51,429 bases of DNA from an uncultured bacterium (GTDB lineage: Bacteria > Electryoneota > Electryoneia > Electryoneales > Electryoneaceae), in contig CAZYOC010000002.1 of assembly GCA_964648415.1 (NCBI GenBank), positions 1 to 51,429 of the forward strand, given 5' to 3'. The notes beneath the pieces are model-generated. The model saw only the letters and a program-made list of their open reading frames with translations, was not told where the DNA came from and made no database searches. This document shows, piece by piece, positions 33,603 through 43,826 of the stretch (positions are counted from its first letter, which is position 1; each line of letters begins with the position of its first letter). Made by a program: the position numbers and the translations under genes.

Positions 33603-36377
33603 CTAACGAATGATGACAAATTTACCCACATCGATGTGCCCCTTGTTCTCAGGCGTCATGTCCTCGACGCTGAACAGGTACAGTCCCGAAACAACCTGCT
33701 GCCGGTTTCGACTGTTCAGGTCCCACACCGCGGCGAAATCGCTGCTCCACGTCGAAATGCGGTTCCCATGAACATTGTGATCGATGATCTGCACCAGGTC
33801 GCCCGAAACGGTAAAGATCCGGATCAGACACTGGCGGGGCAGGTTGTAGAAGTAGATCCGACGATCGGTCTGCGGGAAGAAATCGCTCGTCCCGTCATCC
33901 CGGTTCTCCCAGCTCACGAAGGTGGTATCGTTCTCAAACAACACCTGCATATGCTGAGCTGTATAATCCTGATCCGCTCGGTACGGATTGGGAACCACGC
34001 CCGGCTTCTTCTTCGGGCTGCCGGAAGGCGCCATATACAGCATGTTCGCCGTCTTCGCCGTCTCCAACGGTTCGGTGCCCGAGAACGGGTCGCCGAAGTC
34101 GACGGCTGTTACACAGTAATACCGCGGAATCAGGGGGTTGACCTTGCCCAGGTTGAACTTGTAGGTGGAATCGTCAAACGCGATCCCCTCCAGCCCGACA
34201 TTCGGACCAACCGGCTGCAGGTAGCCCACCGTACCCACACCGTCAATGATGGTCGGGTCCAATGTGTCCGGGTTGGTCGTCTTGATCGGCACTTCCATCA
34301 GCGAATCCCGCTCGCTGTAATAGCCGTAGTCCTCCACGTCAAACTCGGCCAGGAAGCTGAACGTGTTTTCCAGGCCTTCGTTGGAGACATACACACGATA
34401 GGCTTCAAAGTCCTGCAACCGGCTGAACGGGTCAACATAGTTCGGGTCTTCTGACGGGAACTTGTGCCAGACAAGCGTCAACTCGTCCTCAGTCACTTCG
34501 TAACTCAGTACAGGAGTTTCCGGAGGCGGCGGTCCCTGGAAATCAGCGATGCCGTCACCCTGGTCGAACAATTCGTTGTTGTAAGTGTAGTCAACAAAGG
34601 TCGGCCGGAAGCCGTTCTGATCCTCCTCCGATTGCAACAACCCATCGGTTTCACCTTCGTCCGGCCCCTCATATACATAAGACCGGGTCACACCCCACAC
34701 ATCGGTAAACTCGACCGTTTTACCGATGGTATCGGAATAAACGCTGTCAACGCCGACATCCTCACCGAACCAGCCGTCGCCGTTCGAGTCGATCATCGGG
34801 TTGTCGTATACTTTCGCCGCCCAGTCCGCGTTGTACTGGAAATCGCTGAAGTCATACTTCGCCGGATCCAAATTGGTGTCGGTATCCTGCGGATTGTTGC
34901 GATCATGGAAGTTCTGACCGCCTACATAGGCGATGGTCATGGTGAACTTTTCGCCCGGATTCAAGCGGTAGACACGGTTGCCGGCTTCATCAATGAAGTC
35001 GAAGATGCCAAGCGGCCCCCAGGAGATCAGGTAACGAGTATCGTAGCCGTCCGCCAGGTCAGCGGGAACCTCGGGCGGGGTGTTGTCATCTTCACCCGGA
35101 ATGTACCAGTCGTACGATTCCGCAGGCGGTGCGTCGGGCGCCGCAAACCGGCTGCGGAATTCCTGCGGATGCTGCGTGATATAGTCCGGATCGTCCACGT
35201 AGACCTGGTCGTAGTCGAATTCCCGGTTGGACAGGACGAAGTATTTCCTCGCATCGTCTTCCGGCGTCCCCAACGAAGCTGTCCATGCCCCCGGGGATCC
35301 GTCATCCCGCCAGGCCGGACCGAAGTCCAGAGTCTCGTCCTGGTTGGAAATCCACCAGTTGAAGGATGTCCGCAGTTTCGGGTTGGGCGCTCGCACCACA
35401 CGCGCGCCGGTAACCCCCGGGCAGGAAAACGCGCCGGAGCTGACGTTCGGCGGACGACCGTCATTATCTGCAATGTACGCGGTATTGATCGTCAGGTTGA
35501 TCGATTCGCTGCCGCCGTCCGGCGTATACTCGAAGGACTTTTTGAACCCGCAGATATCGTCGGTGTGACGTTCCGATTCGCCGACCATACCCACGTCCGC
35601 GTCCACGTACAACCCGATATACAGGTTCTTCAGGAAGTTGTTGGCGATGTTCTCGATCTCGTAGTCGATCAGCAGGAAATCCTGAGCGTAGTTGTAGGAC
35701 CACGCGTAGGACTTCTGCGTCACCTTGATCCCGAGGGGGATATGCGCCCCGTCCTTCGCCGTGGAAATCAACCTTCCCGTGGGATCCAGGCGGCTGGTGT
35801 CCGTATAGGTCGCGATGAAATCCTGCTCGGAAACGGCTGAATCGCTGGAGATGAAATCACCCAGACAGTTGAACGCCTGCTGCCGGGTGGAGCGTTCCTC
35901 GATTCCGTGATCCGGTTCATAACCGGGGAAGAATTCCTGCCCCAGAAAATCGTTGTTCGCGGACGCCACCCATCCTTCCAGGCCATGGGAAACACGGGGA
36001 TACTCGAAGCCCTCTTCCTTGATCATGGCGCCGATCCACAGACCGCCCTGGAAGAGATACTGCACTCCGCTACCGCCGGGGAACTCCGCCTGCGGCGCCC
36101 ACTCGTTCGTACATGGATCGGGCAAAGATCCCGCACGAGTTTCGCCATCATTACCGAAGTACCCATAGTTGGTCACGTTCAACCAAAGCTTGCCGACATC
36201 ATGCACACGGTTTTCAATGTCCATGGTGTTCAGCATGGTGCGATACCCCGGATCCACCGGGCCGGAAGCACTCGCCGGCCCTTTCGCCGCTTGCACCGTG
36301 ACCGCCCCCGTGACTGCCAGTAACACCGCAATCACGATTTTCAGGGATGTCTTTTTCGCCAATCCGTTCATCCGCAC
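33603..36377 (-). CDS. Large secreted protein of unknown function with a T9SS-type C-terminal domain
   Basis: 924 aa with a signal peptide. The C-terminus reads 'VVPNPYRA...CLIRIFTVSGDLVQII...SGLYLFSVED...GKFVIIR' (CTD-like). Confidence 0.75.
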   Translation of the reverse strand: MRMNGLAKKTSLKIVIAVLLAVTGAVTVQAAKGPASASGPVDPGYRTMLNTMDIENRVHDVGKLWLNVTNYGYFGNDGETRAGSLPDPCTNEWAPQAEFPGGSGVQYLFQGGLWIGAMIKEEGFEYPRVSHGLEGWVASANNDFLGQEFFPGYEPDHGIEERSTRQQAFNCLGDFISSDSAVSEQDFIATYTDTSRLDPTGRLISTAKDGAHIPLGIKVTQKSYAWSYNYAQDFLLIDYEIENIANNFLKNLYIGLYVDADVGMVGESERHTDDICGFKKSFEYTPDGGSESINLTINTAYIADNDGRPPNVSSGAFSCPGVTGARVVRAPNPKLRTSFNWWISNQDETLDFGPAWRDDGSPGAWTASLGTPEDDARKYFVLSNREFDYDQVYVDDPDYITQHPQEFRSRFAAPDAPPAESYDWYIPGEDDNTPPEVPADLADGYDTRYLISWGPLGIFDFIDEAGNRVYRLNPGEKFTMTIAYVGGQNFHDRNNPQDTDTNLDPAKYDFSDFQYNADWAAKVYDNPMIDSNGDGWFGEDVGVDSVYSDTIGKTVEFTDVWGVTRSYVYEGPDEGETDGLLQSEEDQNGFRPTFVDYTYNNELFDQGDGIADFQGPPPPETPVLSYEVTEDELTLVWHKFPSEDPNYVDPFSRLQDFEAYRVYVSNEGLENTFSFLAEFDVEDYGYYSERDSLMEVPIKTTNPDTLDPTIIDGVGTVGYLQPVGPNVGLEGIAFDDSTYKFNLGKVNPLIPRYYCVTAVDFGDPFSGTEPLETAKTANMLYMAPSGSPKKKPGVVPNPYRADQDYTAQHMQVLFENDTTFVSWENRDDGTSDFFPQTDRRIYFYNLPRQCLIRIFTVSGDLVQIIDHNVHGNRISTWSSDFAAVWDLNSRNRQQVVSGLYLFSVEDMTPENKGHIDVGKFVIIR

Positions 36378-36423
36378 ACCGTCCGTCTATGTTGCCTCGT
36401 CGCTACGAGTTCATGTCTGTTTC

Positions 36424-38439
36424 TTACCAGGAGAACGAGCCACCGAAAGCGCCCAGGTCTGTGCCGTCGCTGCCGGCGTTCTTGCAGGGGCTGCCCGCCT
36501 GCAGGGAGAAGTCGCCCGCGGCAGGATCGGCAAACTGAGGATCGCCATCAATTTCATTGGCGATGTTTACCTGGCCGTATGTGGGAGTACCGCTGCCCGA
36601 GTAGAGATTCACATAGCTCAGCGTTCCCACGGACGAGATTTCCGCACGGGCGCCGTAATCACCATACTCAGCAATGATGCTGTTGGTGATGGTCGGCAGG
36701 CAGTTTCCCTTGATCCTCAGCCCGTTGTTCGTCGGCTGGTACACCGTCACATTGGCAATGGACGGGCTGCATCCCTGTTCGAGAACGATTCCGGAGACAG
36801 TGACGTTGTAGATCAGCACATTGCTGATAGTCGGCCGGCAATTCCGCCAGGCGTAGATGCCGTAACCCTGCATGTTGTAGATCTTCGCTCCCGTCAAGGA
36901 AGCATTGGCGTTCTTCGAGAAGTAGATGCCGTACATCCCTGCGTCATGCACCGTGATGTTCTCAAGCGTTGGCTGCGCGCCGTCATCGCAGAAGATACCG
37001 GTGTGGTACACGTTCCGAATTTCGATATTCTTCAACGTCGGGCTGCACGCGATGATGGAAATGGCGCCGACGCTGTAGGGATCGGCGATGTTGTCCACCG
37101 ACGCCCATTCAGCGATCACGTGCTCCATCCTGCTGTTGTTCGACGCTCCCTCGAAACGGATGTTTTTCCAGTCCACACGCGTGGGCTCTTCACTGTAGGA
37201 AGAGAACAGAATCGGCGCCGACGCGGTCCCGACAGCCTGAATCTCGCCTTCGATCACAAATTCAAAGGGCTCGGCGAACAAGACGGTCACGCCGGGATCA
37301 ATGATCAAGGTGTCGCCTTCCGCCACCAGGACATCACAGGTCACCAGGTAATGCTCATAATCTGTGGTGAGGTGCAACCGGTCACCGATCAGGGTGTGCG
37401 CCAGTTCGTTTTCCGCCTGGAAATGCGGGAAAACGCCCACATCCGGCGTGGTGCCGTCCGGATCCTCATCATACCCGCCGAACCCCGCGCCCTTGTCGAT
37501 CGCACCGCTACAGGGATGCAACGTGTAGTCGCCGTTCTCGATGTCTACAAAACCCGGATCGAGATGTACGTCACCCGAGACCAGCTCACCCAGTTTCAGC
37601 GGCAGGTAGTTCGGCGACTTGTTGTTGTAGATGTTGTTGTGGAAGAAGTTGTCCGAAATCCACTGGTTGTCGACATAGGCGTCGTACAGGCTGGGGGCGC
37701 GAATGCCGGCGTCCTCGTTCTGCACGATGATGTTGTTGACAATCACCGGCTGACCGTACACCGACTCACCGATATTGTAGTCCGGCTCAATCCGCAACCC
37801 GTTGAAGGCGTTCAGCGCCATGGTGTTAAACACGACTGTCGGGCTGGCGTCACCCAGGATCTGGATGCCGTCATAACCGGCGTTATCCACAATGGTGCGC
37901 CGAATGGTCGGAGAACAATTGTAGATCGTAATCGCGCCACGATACAGGACCCGGTCAATGAAGGGATCACCGTTGTCATCGTACGCGCGAGTGGTGTCCT
38001 GTACGATGTCATACTTGTTGGCCCAGGAGACCCAGCAGTATTCCATGATGGAAGCGTCATCTGCTTCCTCAAGAATCACACCGCCCCAATCGCCTTTCCG
38101 CTTCGGCGACTGCGCCGAAGTGAAATGGATGAGCTGAGTTTCAGTCCCGCGAGCATCGAGTTTGCCGTTGACTGTAAACGTGTAGCCATCCATACCACGG
38201 ATCACCACGCCCGGATCAATGATCAGAGTCTGGCCATCCGGGACGGTCACATCGCCGGTGAGCAGATACGGACTCGAACTGAGACTCAGGCTGCCGCTGA
38301 CATCGCCGCTGAGGGGTGTTCCGGACGGACCACCTCCCCCACCGGTGTCGTCGTCTTCATCGCCGCACCCGGTTATCAACCCCAGGGAAACCAATACAAT
38401 GACTGCACTGACAGTCAGGGATAAGAAACGCTTCAGCAC
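36424..38439 (-). CDS. Beta-helix (PbH1 repeat) surface lipoprotein, paralogous in module structure to the 1395-aa protein
   Basis: 671 aa with lipobox 'LITGCG'. Two modules each start with a cap motif: 'YLLTGDVTVPDGQTLIIDPGVVIRG...VNGKLDARGT' and 'YLVTCDVLVAEGDTLIIDPGVTVLF...IEGEIQAVGT'. Confidence 0.8.
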   Translation of the reverse strand: MLKRFLSLTVSAVIVLVSLGLITGCGDEDDDTGGGGGPSGTPLSGDVSGSLSLSSSPYLLTGDVTVPDGQTLIIDPGVVIRGMDGYTFTVNGKLDARGTETQLIHFTSAQSPKRKGDWGGVILEEADDASIMEYCWVSWANKYDIVQDTTRAYDDNGDPFIDRVLYRGAITIYNCSPTIRRTIVDNAGYDGIQILGDASPTVVFNTMALNAFNGLRIEPDYNIGESVYGQPVIVNNIIVQNEDAGIRAPSLYDAYVDNQWISDNFFHNNIYNNKSPNYLPLKLGELVSGDVHLDPGFVDIENGDYTLHPCSGAIDKGAGFGGYDEDPDGTTPDVGVFPHFQAENELAHTLIGDRLHLTTDYEHYLVTCDVLVAEGDTLIIDPGVTVLFAEPFEFVIEGEIQAVGTASAPILFSSYSEEPTRVDWKNIRFEGASNNSRMEHVIAEWASVDNIADPYSVGAISIIACSPTLKNIEIRNVYHTGIFCDDGAQPTLENITVHDAGMYGIYFSKNANASLTGAKIYNMQGYGIYAWRNCRPTISNVLIYNVTVSGIVLEQGCSPSIANVTVYQPTNNGLRIKGNCLPTITNSIIAEYGDYGARAEISSVGTLSYVNLYSGSGTPTYGQVNIANEIDGDPQFADPAAGDFSLQAGSPCKNAGSDGTDLGAFGGSFSW

Positions 38440-38453
38440 GTCAACCCCCTGTC

Positions 38454-41400
38454 TTAAAACTCAAGACCAACTTTTAGCAGAATCTGACGCCCGGACCCGA
38501 ACATACGGGGATTCGCGTCATATTCGTAACGGTTCAGGAACGGGTTGTAGTCCGGATTCAACGGATGAACCGCGTACACCGGGCTACCGGTCTGGGTGTA
38601 AATGCTGTTCCAGTTCTTCTTGTCGAACAGGTTGTTCACCGAGATGCCCCAGATCGTCTTCACGGTACCGATATCGAAGTACTTCTCGAAGCGGATGGTC
38701 GTGGTTTCTGTCCACGGCAGCCGTTCCGAGTTGTCGAGGATCAGTTCCGGCTCGATCCCTGTGGTGTATTCCGACGGCGTATACGGTCTGCCTGAACCGA
38801 ACTGCCAGTTGAAGCTCATCAACCAGTAGTCGGGCAGCCGCATACCGAACAGGAACGGGTGATCATCCTTGGCGAACATCAACGCCGCGTTGCAGGTGAT
38901 CTTGTGAGTCTCGTCCCAGTTCAGCGGATGTTCATCGTAGTTTACCGGAGTATTCAGGCTGCGACGCTCGAACTCGTCGTTGGCCCCGGAGGATTTGCCG
39001 TAGGCGTACGAGAAGTCGTAGTTGAAACTGGCTTGCCAATGCTTCGAGAACTTCTTGTCGATCTTCAGCTCCAGCCCGCGCGCGCGGCCATAATCCAGGT
39101 TGATGTACTTGGTAGCCGTGATCGGCCCTTCCGATTCGGTACGGGTCGAGATCATGTTGTACATGTCACGGTAGTAGCCGGCGATCTGGAAAGACAGATC
39201 CGTCGTGACCTGCGTGTGTACACCCAGCTCGTAGGTTACGGTCTTCTGGTACTTCAGGTTCGGGTTGCCCACGGTGCCGGCGTCCAGGTTGGTCGTGCTG
39301 GACTTGTAGTAGTAGAAGAACGGCGGCGCCTGGTAGAAGTGACCGTAGTTGAAGTACAGCTTGGATTCCGCCGTGATCGGGTGACTGATCCCCAGGCGGG
39401 GCGAGATCTTGTACTGTACATTATCGGCTTCTTCCGCGAAGGGTTCGCCGGCTTCCACGCGGCTTTTCATGTTATCTACAAGTTTCTGGTCCTGAACCAG
39501 GAAGTCCCCTCGCACACCTGCCTGAACGATCAACCCTTCGAATTCCATCTTGTCCTGCACGTACGCCGCGAACCGCCAGGGACGATACTCCCAGAAGTCG
39601 CGCACAGCGCCTCTGGTCGGCCAGGGTTCATTCGACCCCACCTCCGCCTCGCCAGTGTACTCTTCGTCGGGCGAAGAAATAAACTGGTTGTTCATGATGA
39701 AGTGTTTGCCCTCGAAACCGGCCTTGAACTCGTGGAATTCGTGGATCTGGCTCTGCCAGGAAAGGTCGAAGCTGTATTCTTCAGTCCTACGCTTCGCCCA
39801 CACCGCCGACGCGTCCCACAGGCCCGGATTCAGGAAAAGGTCCGAGCCGTTCCAAACCCCGTTGCCGTTGTAGTCCAGGAATTTCTCCTGGCCTTCATCA
39901 TAACGGCCATTCGGCACGTTGAACACCGGGTTCTCAGTATCATGCAACGTCCGGTTGGTCCAGGTGCTGTAGTTGGGATCGTATTGCAGGTAATCCGTAT
40001 ACACCCACTCCGTACCATGATTCTCGAGGTCGTAGGTATACCCGATCGGGAACGATTTGTCACCACTGAAGAACGTGAACAGCTCGTACTCGTCGAAGTA
40101 GTTGTTCGGCGGATCGTAGCGTCCGTTCAAGGTCGGCGTCATGAATTGTTGTTCGCCACCAAGCGACTCGAGACCCAGCACTGAACCAAGCTGGAAGCCG
40201 GCATTGGAGGAAGGCAGATCCCAGAAGGGCTCGCCTTCGTCCCACTTGCCGTTGTACACGCCGGTTACCGGGTCCGGAAGGTCAATAAACGGCTCGCCGG
40301 TATCGAAATACAGGTCACCGTCCCAGAACGGTTCCGGGTCGTCGTCCGGTACGCCACTCTGGGTCTGAACCAGATCGAGCTTATCCATCTCGCCGTTCGC
40401 GTTCTGGTCGTCGTACCCTTCCCCGTCGTCCTGTACGCCGTTGCCGTTGTAGTCGGTAAAGGGTTCGCCCTGCTGCCAGACACCATCGCCGTTCAGATCT
40501 TCAAACGGTTCCCAACGATCAAACACGCCGTTGTTGTTGGCGTCCTGGAAACGTTCGCCGTCCCAACGCCCGTTGGAGTTGATATCCTGCTCGGCCAACT
40601 GCGGCTCCGCCGGATCCCACACGCCGTTGCCATTCAAATCCTGGAAAGGATCCCAGGGATCCCAAACACCTATGTTGTTGGCGCCGGTTACAGGGTCGGC
40701 GCGGTCGGTCCACGGTTCGGCGTAGTCATACACGCCGTTACCGTTGATGTCGATCCAGTCTTCACCCGGATCCCACTGGCCGTTCATGTTGAGGTCTTCG
40801 TACCCCTCGCCGCCGCCGTCGTAAATCCGGTTGTTGTTGGAATCAAACCAGCCGTCGACGAAGTTGTTGCCATTTTCGTCCGCCGCCAATTCGTCGTACA
40901 CTTCGCTGTGGACAACGCCGTCGTTGTCGGCGTCCTGGTCCCACACTCCGTTGCGGTTCAAGTCCAGCGCCGCCACAGTCTGCTGGTTCTCCACTTCGTC
41001 CGATAAGGTGAATTCACCCGGATCTTTCTGGCCCGGAGTCGCGCTGGAGTTCAGCACCTGGTGACCCACGGTCACCTTGAAGAGGGTCTTGCTGCTGATC
41101 TGGTGGGTGTACTCCAGGTTCACCGAGCTGCGGCGGTCCTGAGCGCGTGGACGGTTCTGCAAGTTATGCTTGTAGTTCCACGCGAAACTGCCAGAATACG
41201 TCCCGTCGCCAAACCCAACCGGGAACAGGTCCCAGACACGGGCGCGAGTCGAATAATACATCGATGCTTTTCGGCCATTGCCCAACTCCAGGGCGAACTT
41301 CATCGAGGTCGACCAGTCGTTGTACTGGCGTTGCGGAACATTGAAACCGAAGCCGGCGTAGTCGTTTGCTTCGTAATCGACGCCCAACGGTGTGTAGGTA

Positions 41401-42293
41401 TCCGACACGTTGGCGTTGGCGGTCAGATAAAACGTGACAGGCCGCCCAAAGACCTTATCACTGAAAGGCAGCGGGCCGCCCAGCGAGGCGTTGGCACGGT
41501 CCTGGTTAAACCCGTTGTCATCGAACAGATGATCCTGGCTCCACTCGACGCTGCCGTTGTAACGGTCCGACTGGCCTTCCGGGGTAGTGATTTCCACAAC
41601 ACCCGACATCGCCTGTCCATATTCCGCCGACATACCGCCGGTCAGAATCTGGATTTCCTGAATGTTGACGGCATTCAGGTTGATGGGCAGCACCTCGCCG
41701 GTGATGGGGTCACGGCTGTCGATGCCGTCCACCACAAAACGGGCTTCCGAGTTACGGCCGCCTCGAATGTGGATCTTCCCCTCTTCGTCCAGCTTGAATC
41801 CCGGCATGGACTGTAACACTTCGGTCACGTCCTCCACCGCGCTGGTCTGAAGCGACTCACCCGTAATCCGCTGTACACTCGAGGTGGTGCCCAACTCGAC
41901 GGTCGGCTTCTCGTAGGTGATGGTTACATCCGGAAGCGCCATGGTGCTCGGCGTCAGCTTGAACTCCAGAGTCGTGGTGCGATCAATGTTGATCACCACT
42001 TCCTCGTAGGTCATCTCATGATACCCGACCGCAGAAGCCACCACATTGTACTTGCCGGGCTGGACGCCAATAATGAAGAAGTTGCCGTCCAGGTCCGTCG
42101 CCGCACCCCGGGACGTTCCTTCGAGAACCACGTTGGCGCCGATAATCGGTTCTTCCTTCTCGGCGTCGATCACGGTTCCCTTGATTTTACCGGTTTGGGC
42201 TGAAGCGGTCAGCGGCAGGAGCACACTCAAGCCAACCACAGCAAGCAACACCATCCACTCACGTACGCGCCAGGATCGCATACGCACCTCCAT
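38454..42293 (-). CDS. TonB-dependent outer-membrane receptor with an N-terminal CarboxypepD_reg domain and a large internal Ca-binding-type repeat insertion
   Basis: 1279 aa. After the signal peptide, 'GKIKGTVIDAEKEEPIIGANVVLEGTSRGAATDLDGNFFI' is a CarboxypepD_reg-like motif. The plug region reads 'IHIRGGRNSEARFVVDGI' and the C-terminal barrel ends 'KVGLEF'. Confidence 0.85.
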   Translation of the reverse strand: MEVRMRSWRVREWMVLLAVVGLSVLLPLTASAQTGKIKGTVIDAEKEEPIIGANVVLEGTSRGAATDLDGNFFIIGVQPGKYNVVASAVGYHEMTYEEVVINIDRTTTLEFKLTPSTMALPDVTITYEKPTVELGTTSSVQRITGESLQTSAVEDVTEVLQSMPGFKLDEEGKIHIRGGRNSEARFVVDGIDSRDPITGEVLPINLNAVNIQEIQILTGGMSAEYGQAMSGVVEITTPEGQSDRYNGSVEWSQDHLFDDNGFNQDRANASLGGPLPFSDKVFGRPVTFYLTANANVSDTYTPLGVDYEANDYAGFGFNVPQRQYNDWSTSMKFALELGNGRKASMYYSTRARVWDLFPVGFGDGTYSGSFAWNYKHNLQNRPRAQDRRSSVNLEYTHQISSKTLFKVTVGHQVLNSSATPGQKDPGEFTLSDEVENQQTVAALDLNRNGVWDQDADNDGVVHSEVYDELAADENGNNFVDGWFDSNNNRIYDGGGEGYEDLNMNGQWDPGEDWIDINGNGVYDYAEPWTDRADPVTGANNIGVWDPWDPFQDLNGNGVWDPAEPQLAEQDINSNGRWDGERFQDANNNGVFDRWEPFEDLNGDGVWQQGEPFTDYNGNGVQDDGEGYDDQNANGEMDKLDLVQTQSGVPDDDPEPFWDGDLYFDTGEPFIDLPDPVTGVYNGKWDEGEPFWDLPSSNAGFQLGSVLGLESLGGEQQFMTPTLNGRYDPPNNYFDEYELFTFFSGDKSFPIGYTYDLENHGTEWVYTDYLQYDPNYSTWTNRTLHDTENPVFNVPNGRYDEGQEKFLDYNGNGVWNGSDLFLNPGLWDASAVWAKRRTEEYSFDLSWQSQIHEFHEFKAGFEGKHFIMNNQFISSPDEEYTGEAEVGSNEPWPTRGAVRDFWEYRPWRFAAYVQDKMEFEGLIVQAGVRGDFLVQDQKLVDNMKSRVEAGEPFAEEADNVQYKISPRLGISHPITAESKLYFNYGHFYQAPPFFYYYKSSTTNLDAGTVGNPNLKYQKTVTYELGVHTQVTTDLSFQIAGYYRDMYNMISTRTESEGPITATKYINLDYGRARGLELKIDKKFSKHWQASFNYDFSYAYGKSSGANDEFERRSLNTPVNYDEHPLNWDETHKITCNAALMFAKDDHPFLFGMRLPDYWLMSFNWQFGSGRPYTPSEYTTGIEPELILDNSERLPWTETTTIRFEKYFDIGTVKTIWGISVNNLFDKKNWNSIYTQTGSPVYAVHPLNPDYNPFLNRYEYDANPRMFGSGRQILLKVGLEF
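40194..40976 (-). other. About 261-aa array of D-x-N-G-(N/D)-G-x-W-D / E-P-(F/W)-x-D repeats inside the TonB-dependent receptor
   Basis: aa ~440-700: 'DLNRNGVWDQDADNDG', 'DLNMNGQWDPGEDWIDINGNGVYDYAEPWTD', 'DLNGNGVWDPAEP', 'DINSNGRWDGERFQDANNNGVFDRWEPFEDLNGDGVWQQGEPFTDYNGNGVQDDGEGYDDQNANGEMD'. These are EF-hand / thrombospondin-type-3-like Ca-binding loops. Confidence 0.75.
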
Positions 42294-42451
42294 CCAGGTT
42301 GGTCAAAAATCCGTGGCGACAAGGTAGGGACGTGCTCACACAACTCGCAAGCTATGCACACAAATCTCAAACATTCCCGCACGGACTGTGCAATCGGTGT
42401 CAATGATGACACTTAACAGGAGACTCTTCTTCCAACACCAACACCGACTCT

Positions 42452-42490
42452 GTGAAACAAATCGCGGCGGCGCGACCCCGCGCCGCCGCG
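42452..42490 (-). terminator. Rho-independent terminator after icd
   Basis: The minus strand reads 'cgcggcggcgcg-gggt-cgcgccgccgcg' (12-bp GC stem, 42463-42490) followed by 'atttgtttc'. It begins 14 nt after the icd stop codon. Confidence 0.75.
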
Positions 42491-42503
42491 CAAAACGAGT
42501 CAC

Positions 42504-43826
42504 TTAACCCATATTCTCAATGATGGCAGAGGCGTATTCCGACGTCTTCAGCTTCGTCGCGCCCTCCATCTGACGATGCAAATCGTAGGTCACCTGCTTT
42601 TTCAGGATGGTCTTCTGAATCGCATCCTGAATGGTGGCGCCGACTTCGTCCCAGCCCATGTAGTCGAACATCATCTTGCCCGACAGCATCACGGAACTCG
42701 GGTTGATGACATCCTTGTCGGCGTACTTCGGAGCCGTGCCGTGAGTGGCTTCAAACAGGCCGATGTAATCGCCGATGTTGGCTCCGGCCGCGAGGCCCAG
42801 GCCGCCCACCATCGCCGCGCCCGCGTCGCTGATGTAGTCCCCGTTGAGGTTCGGAGTACACACCACCGAATACTCGCCCGGACGGGTCTGAATCTGCTGG
42901 AACATGCTGTCCGCAATCCGATCCTTCACCACGATGCGGCCATTGGGATCGCCCGCCGGCTTGCCGCCGCGCAGCTCCGCAAACTTGCCCGGAGCCTGGA
43001 TCGGAGTTACACCATCGGCCGCCACGGTCTCGTCCCACAGCTCCGATTCCGTAATCACATGATCCCGGAACTCTTCCACCGCAACTTCATAACCCCAGTT
43101 CTTGAACATGCCTTCGGTGAACTTCATGATGTTACCCTTGTGCATCAGGGTCACACTCGGCAGGTTCTTGTCCACCGCCCACTGGAGGGCCTTCCGCACC
43201 AACTGCTTGGTGCCCGTGGGGCTGATCGGCTTGATGCCGATGCCGGCGTCGTCACGGATCTGGGTCTTGCCGTAATCTTCCTTGAGAATCTTGATCAGAC
43301 GCCTGGCTTCTTCCGATTCGCTCTCGAACTCCACGCCCGAATACACATCCTCCGTATTCTCACGGAAGATGATCATGTCCATCTCATGCGCACGCTTCGA
43401 AGGACTCGGCACACCTTCCACATACTTGCAGGGGCGCACACACGCATACAGGTTCAACACCTGCCGCAGCGTCACGTTCAAGCTGCGAAAACCACCGCCC
43501 ACCGGCGTGGTCAACGGACCCTTGATCGCCACAAGGTACTCGCGAATGGCGTCAAACGTCTCCTGAGGCATCCAGGTGTCGCCGCCATAAGTCTCCACCG
43601 CCTTCTCACCGGCGTACACTTCCATCCAGTGGACTTTTTTCTTGCCGCCATACGCCTTCTCAACCGCGGCGTCAAATACGCGCACCGAGGCTTTCCAGAT
43701 ATCTCGGCCAATCCCGTCGCCCTCAATAAAAGGAATAATCGGGTTGTCCGGTATCGCCAACTTGCCATCGGCAACGATAATCTTCTCGCCATCACTCGGC
43801 ACGACGATCTTGTCGAATCCGGCCAT
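42504..43826 (-). CDS. icd: NADP-dependent isocitrate dehydrogenase
   Basis: 440 aa. Motifs '[14 protein letters not shown]', '[12 protein letters not shown]' and '[10 protein letters not shown]'. It is collinear with E. coli Icd along its full length. Confidence 0.95.
   Translation of the reverse strand: MAGFDKIVVPSDGEKIIVADGKLAIPDNPIIPFIEGDGIGRDIWKASVRVFDAAVEKAYGGKKKVHWMEVYAGEKAVETYGGDTWMPQETFDAIREYLVAIKGPLTTPVGGGFRSLNVTLRQVLNLYACVRPCKYVEGVPSPSKRAHEMDMIIFRENTEDVYSGVEFESESEEARRLIKILKEDYGKTQIRDDAGIGIKPISPTGTKQLVRKALQWAVDKNLPSVTLMHKGNIMKFTEGMFKNWGYEVAVEEFRDHVITESELWDETVAADGVTPIQAPGKFAELRGGKPAGDPNGRIVVKDRIADSMFQQIQTRPGEYSVVCTPNLNGDYISDAGAAMVGGLGLAAGANIGDYIGLFEATHGTAPKYADKDVINPSSVMLSGKMMFDYMGWDEVGATIQDAIQKTILKKQVTYDLHRQMEGATKLKTSEYASAIIENMG

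Noticed and set aside
25867-42203. Many long plus-strand ORFs across the surface-system operon (for example 27277..28542, 31115..32026, 33426..34454, 34464..35840, 36169..38424, 38859..40184, 41061..41816)
   Set aside because: All are antisense to minus-strand genes that have signal peptides, lipoboxes, T9SS CTDs or TonB-receptor motifs. The plus-strand translations are R/V/H/G/D-rich low-complexity sequence without start-site signals.
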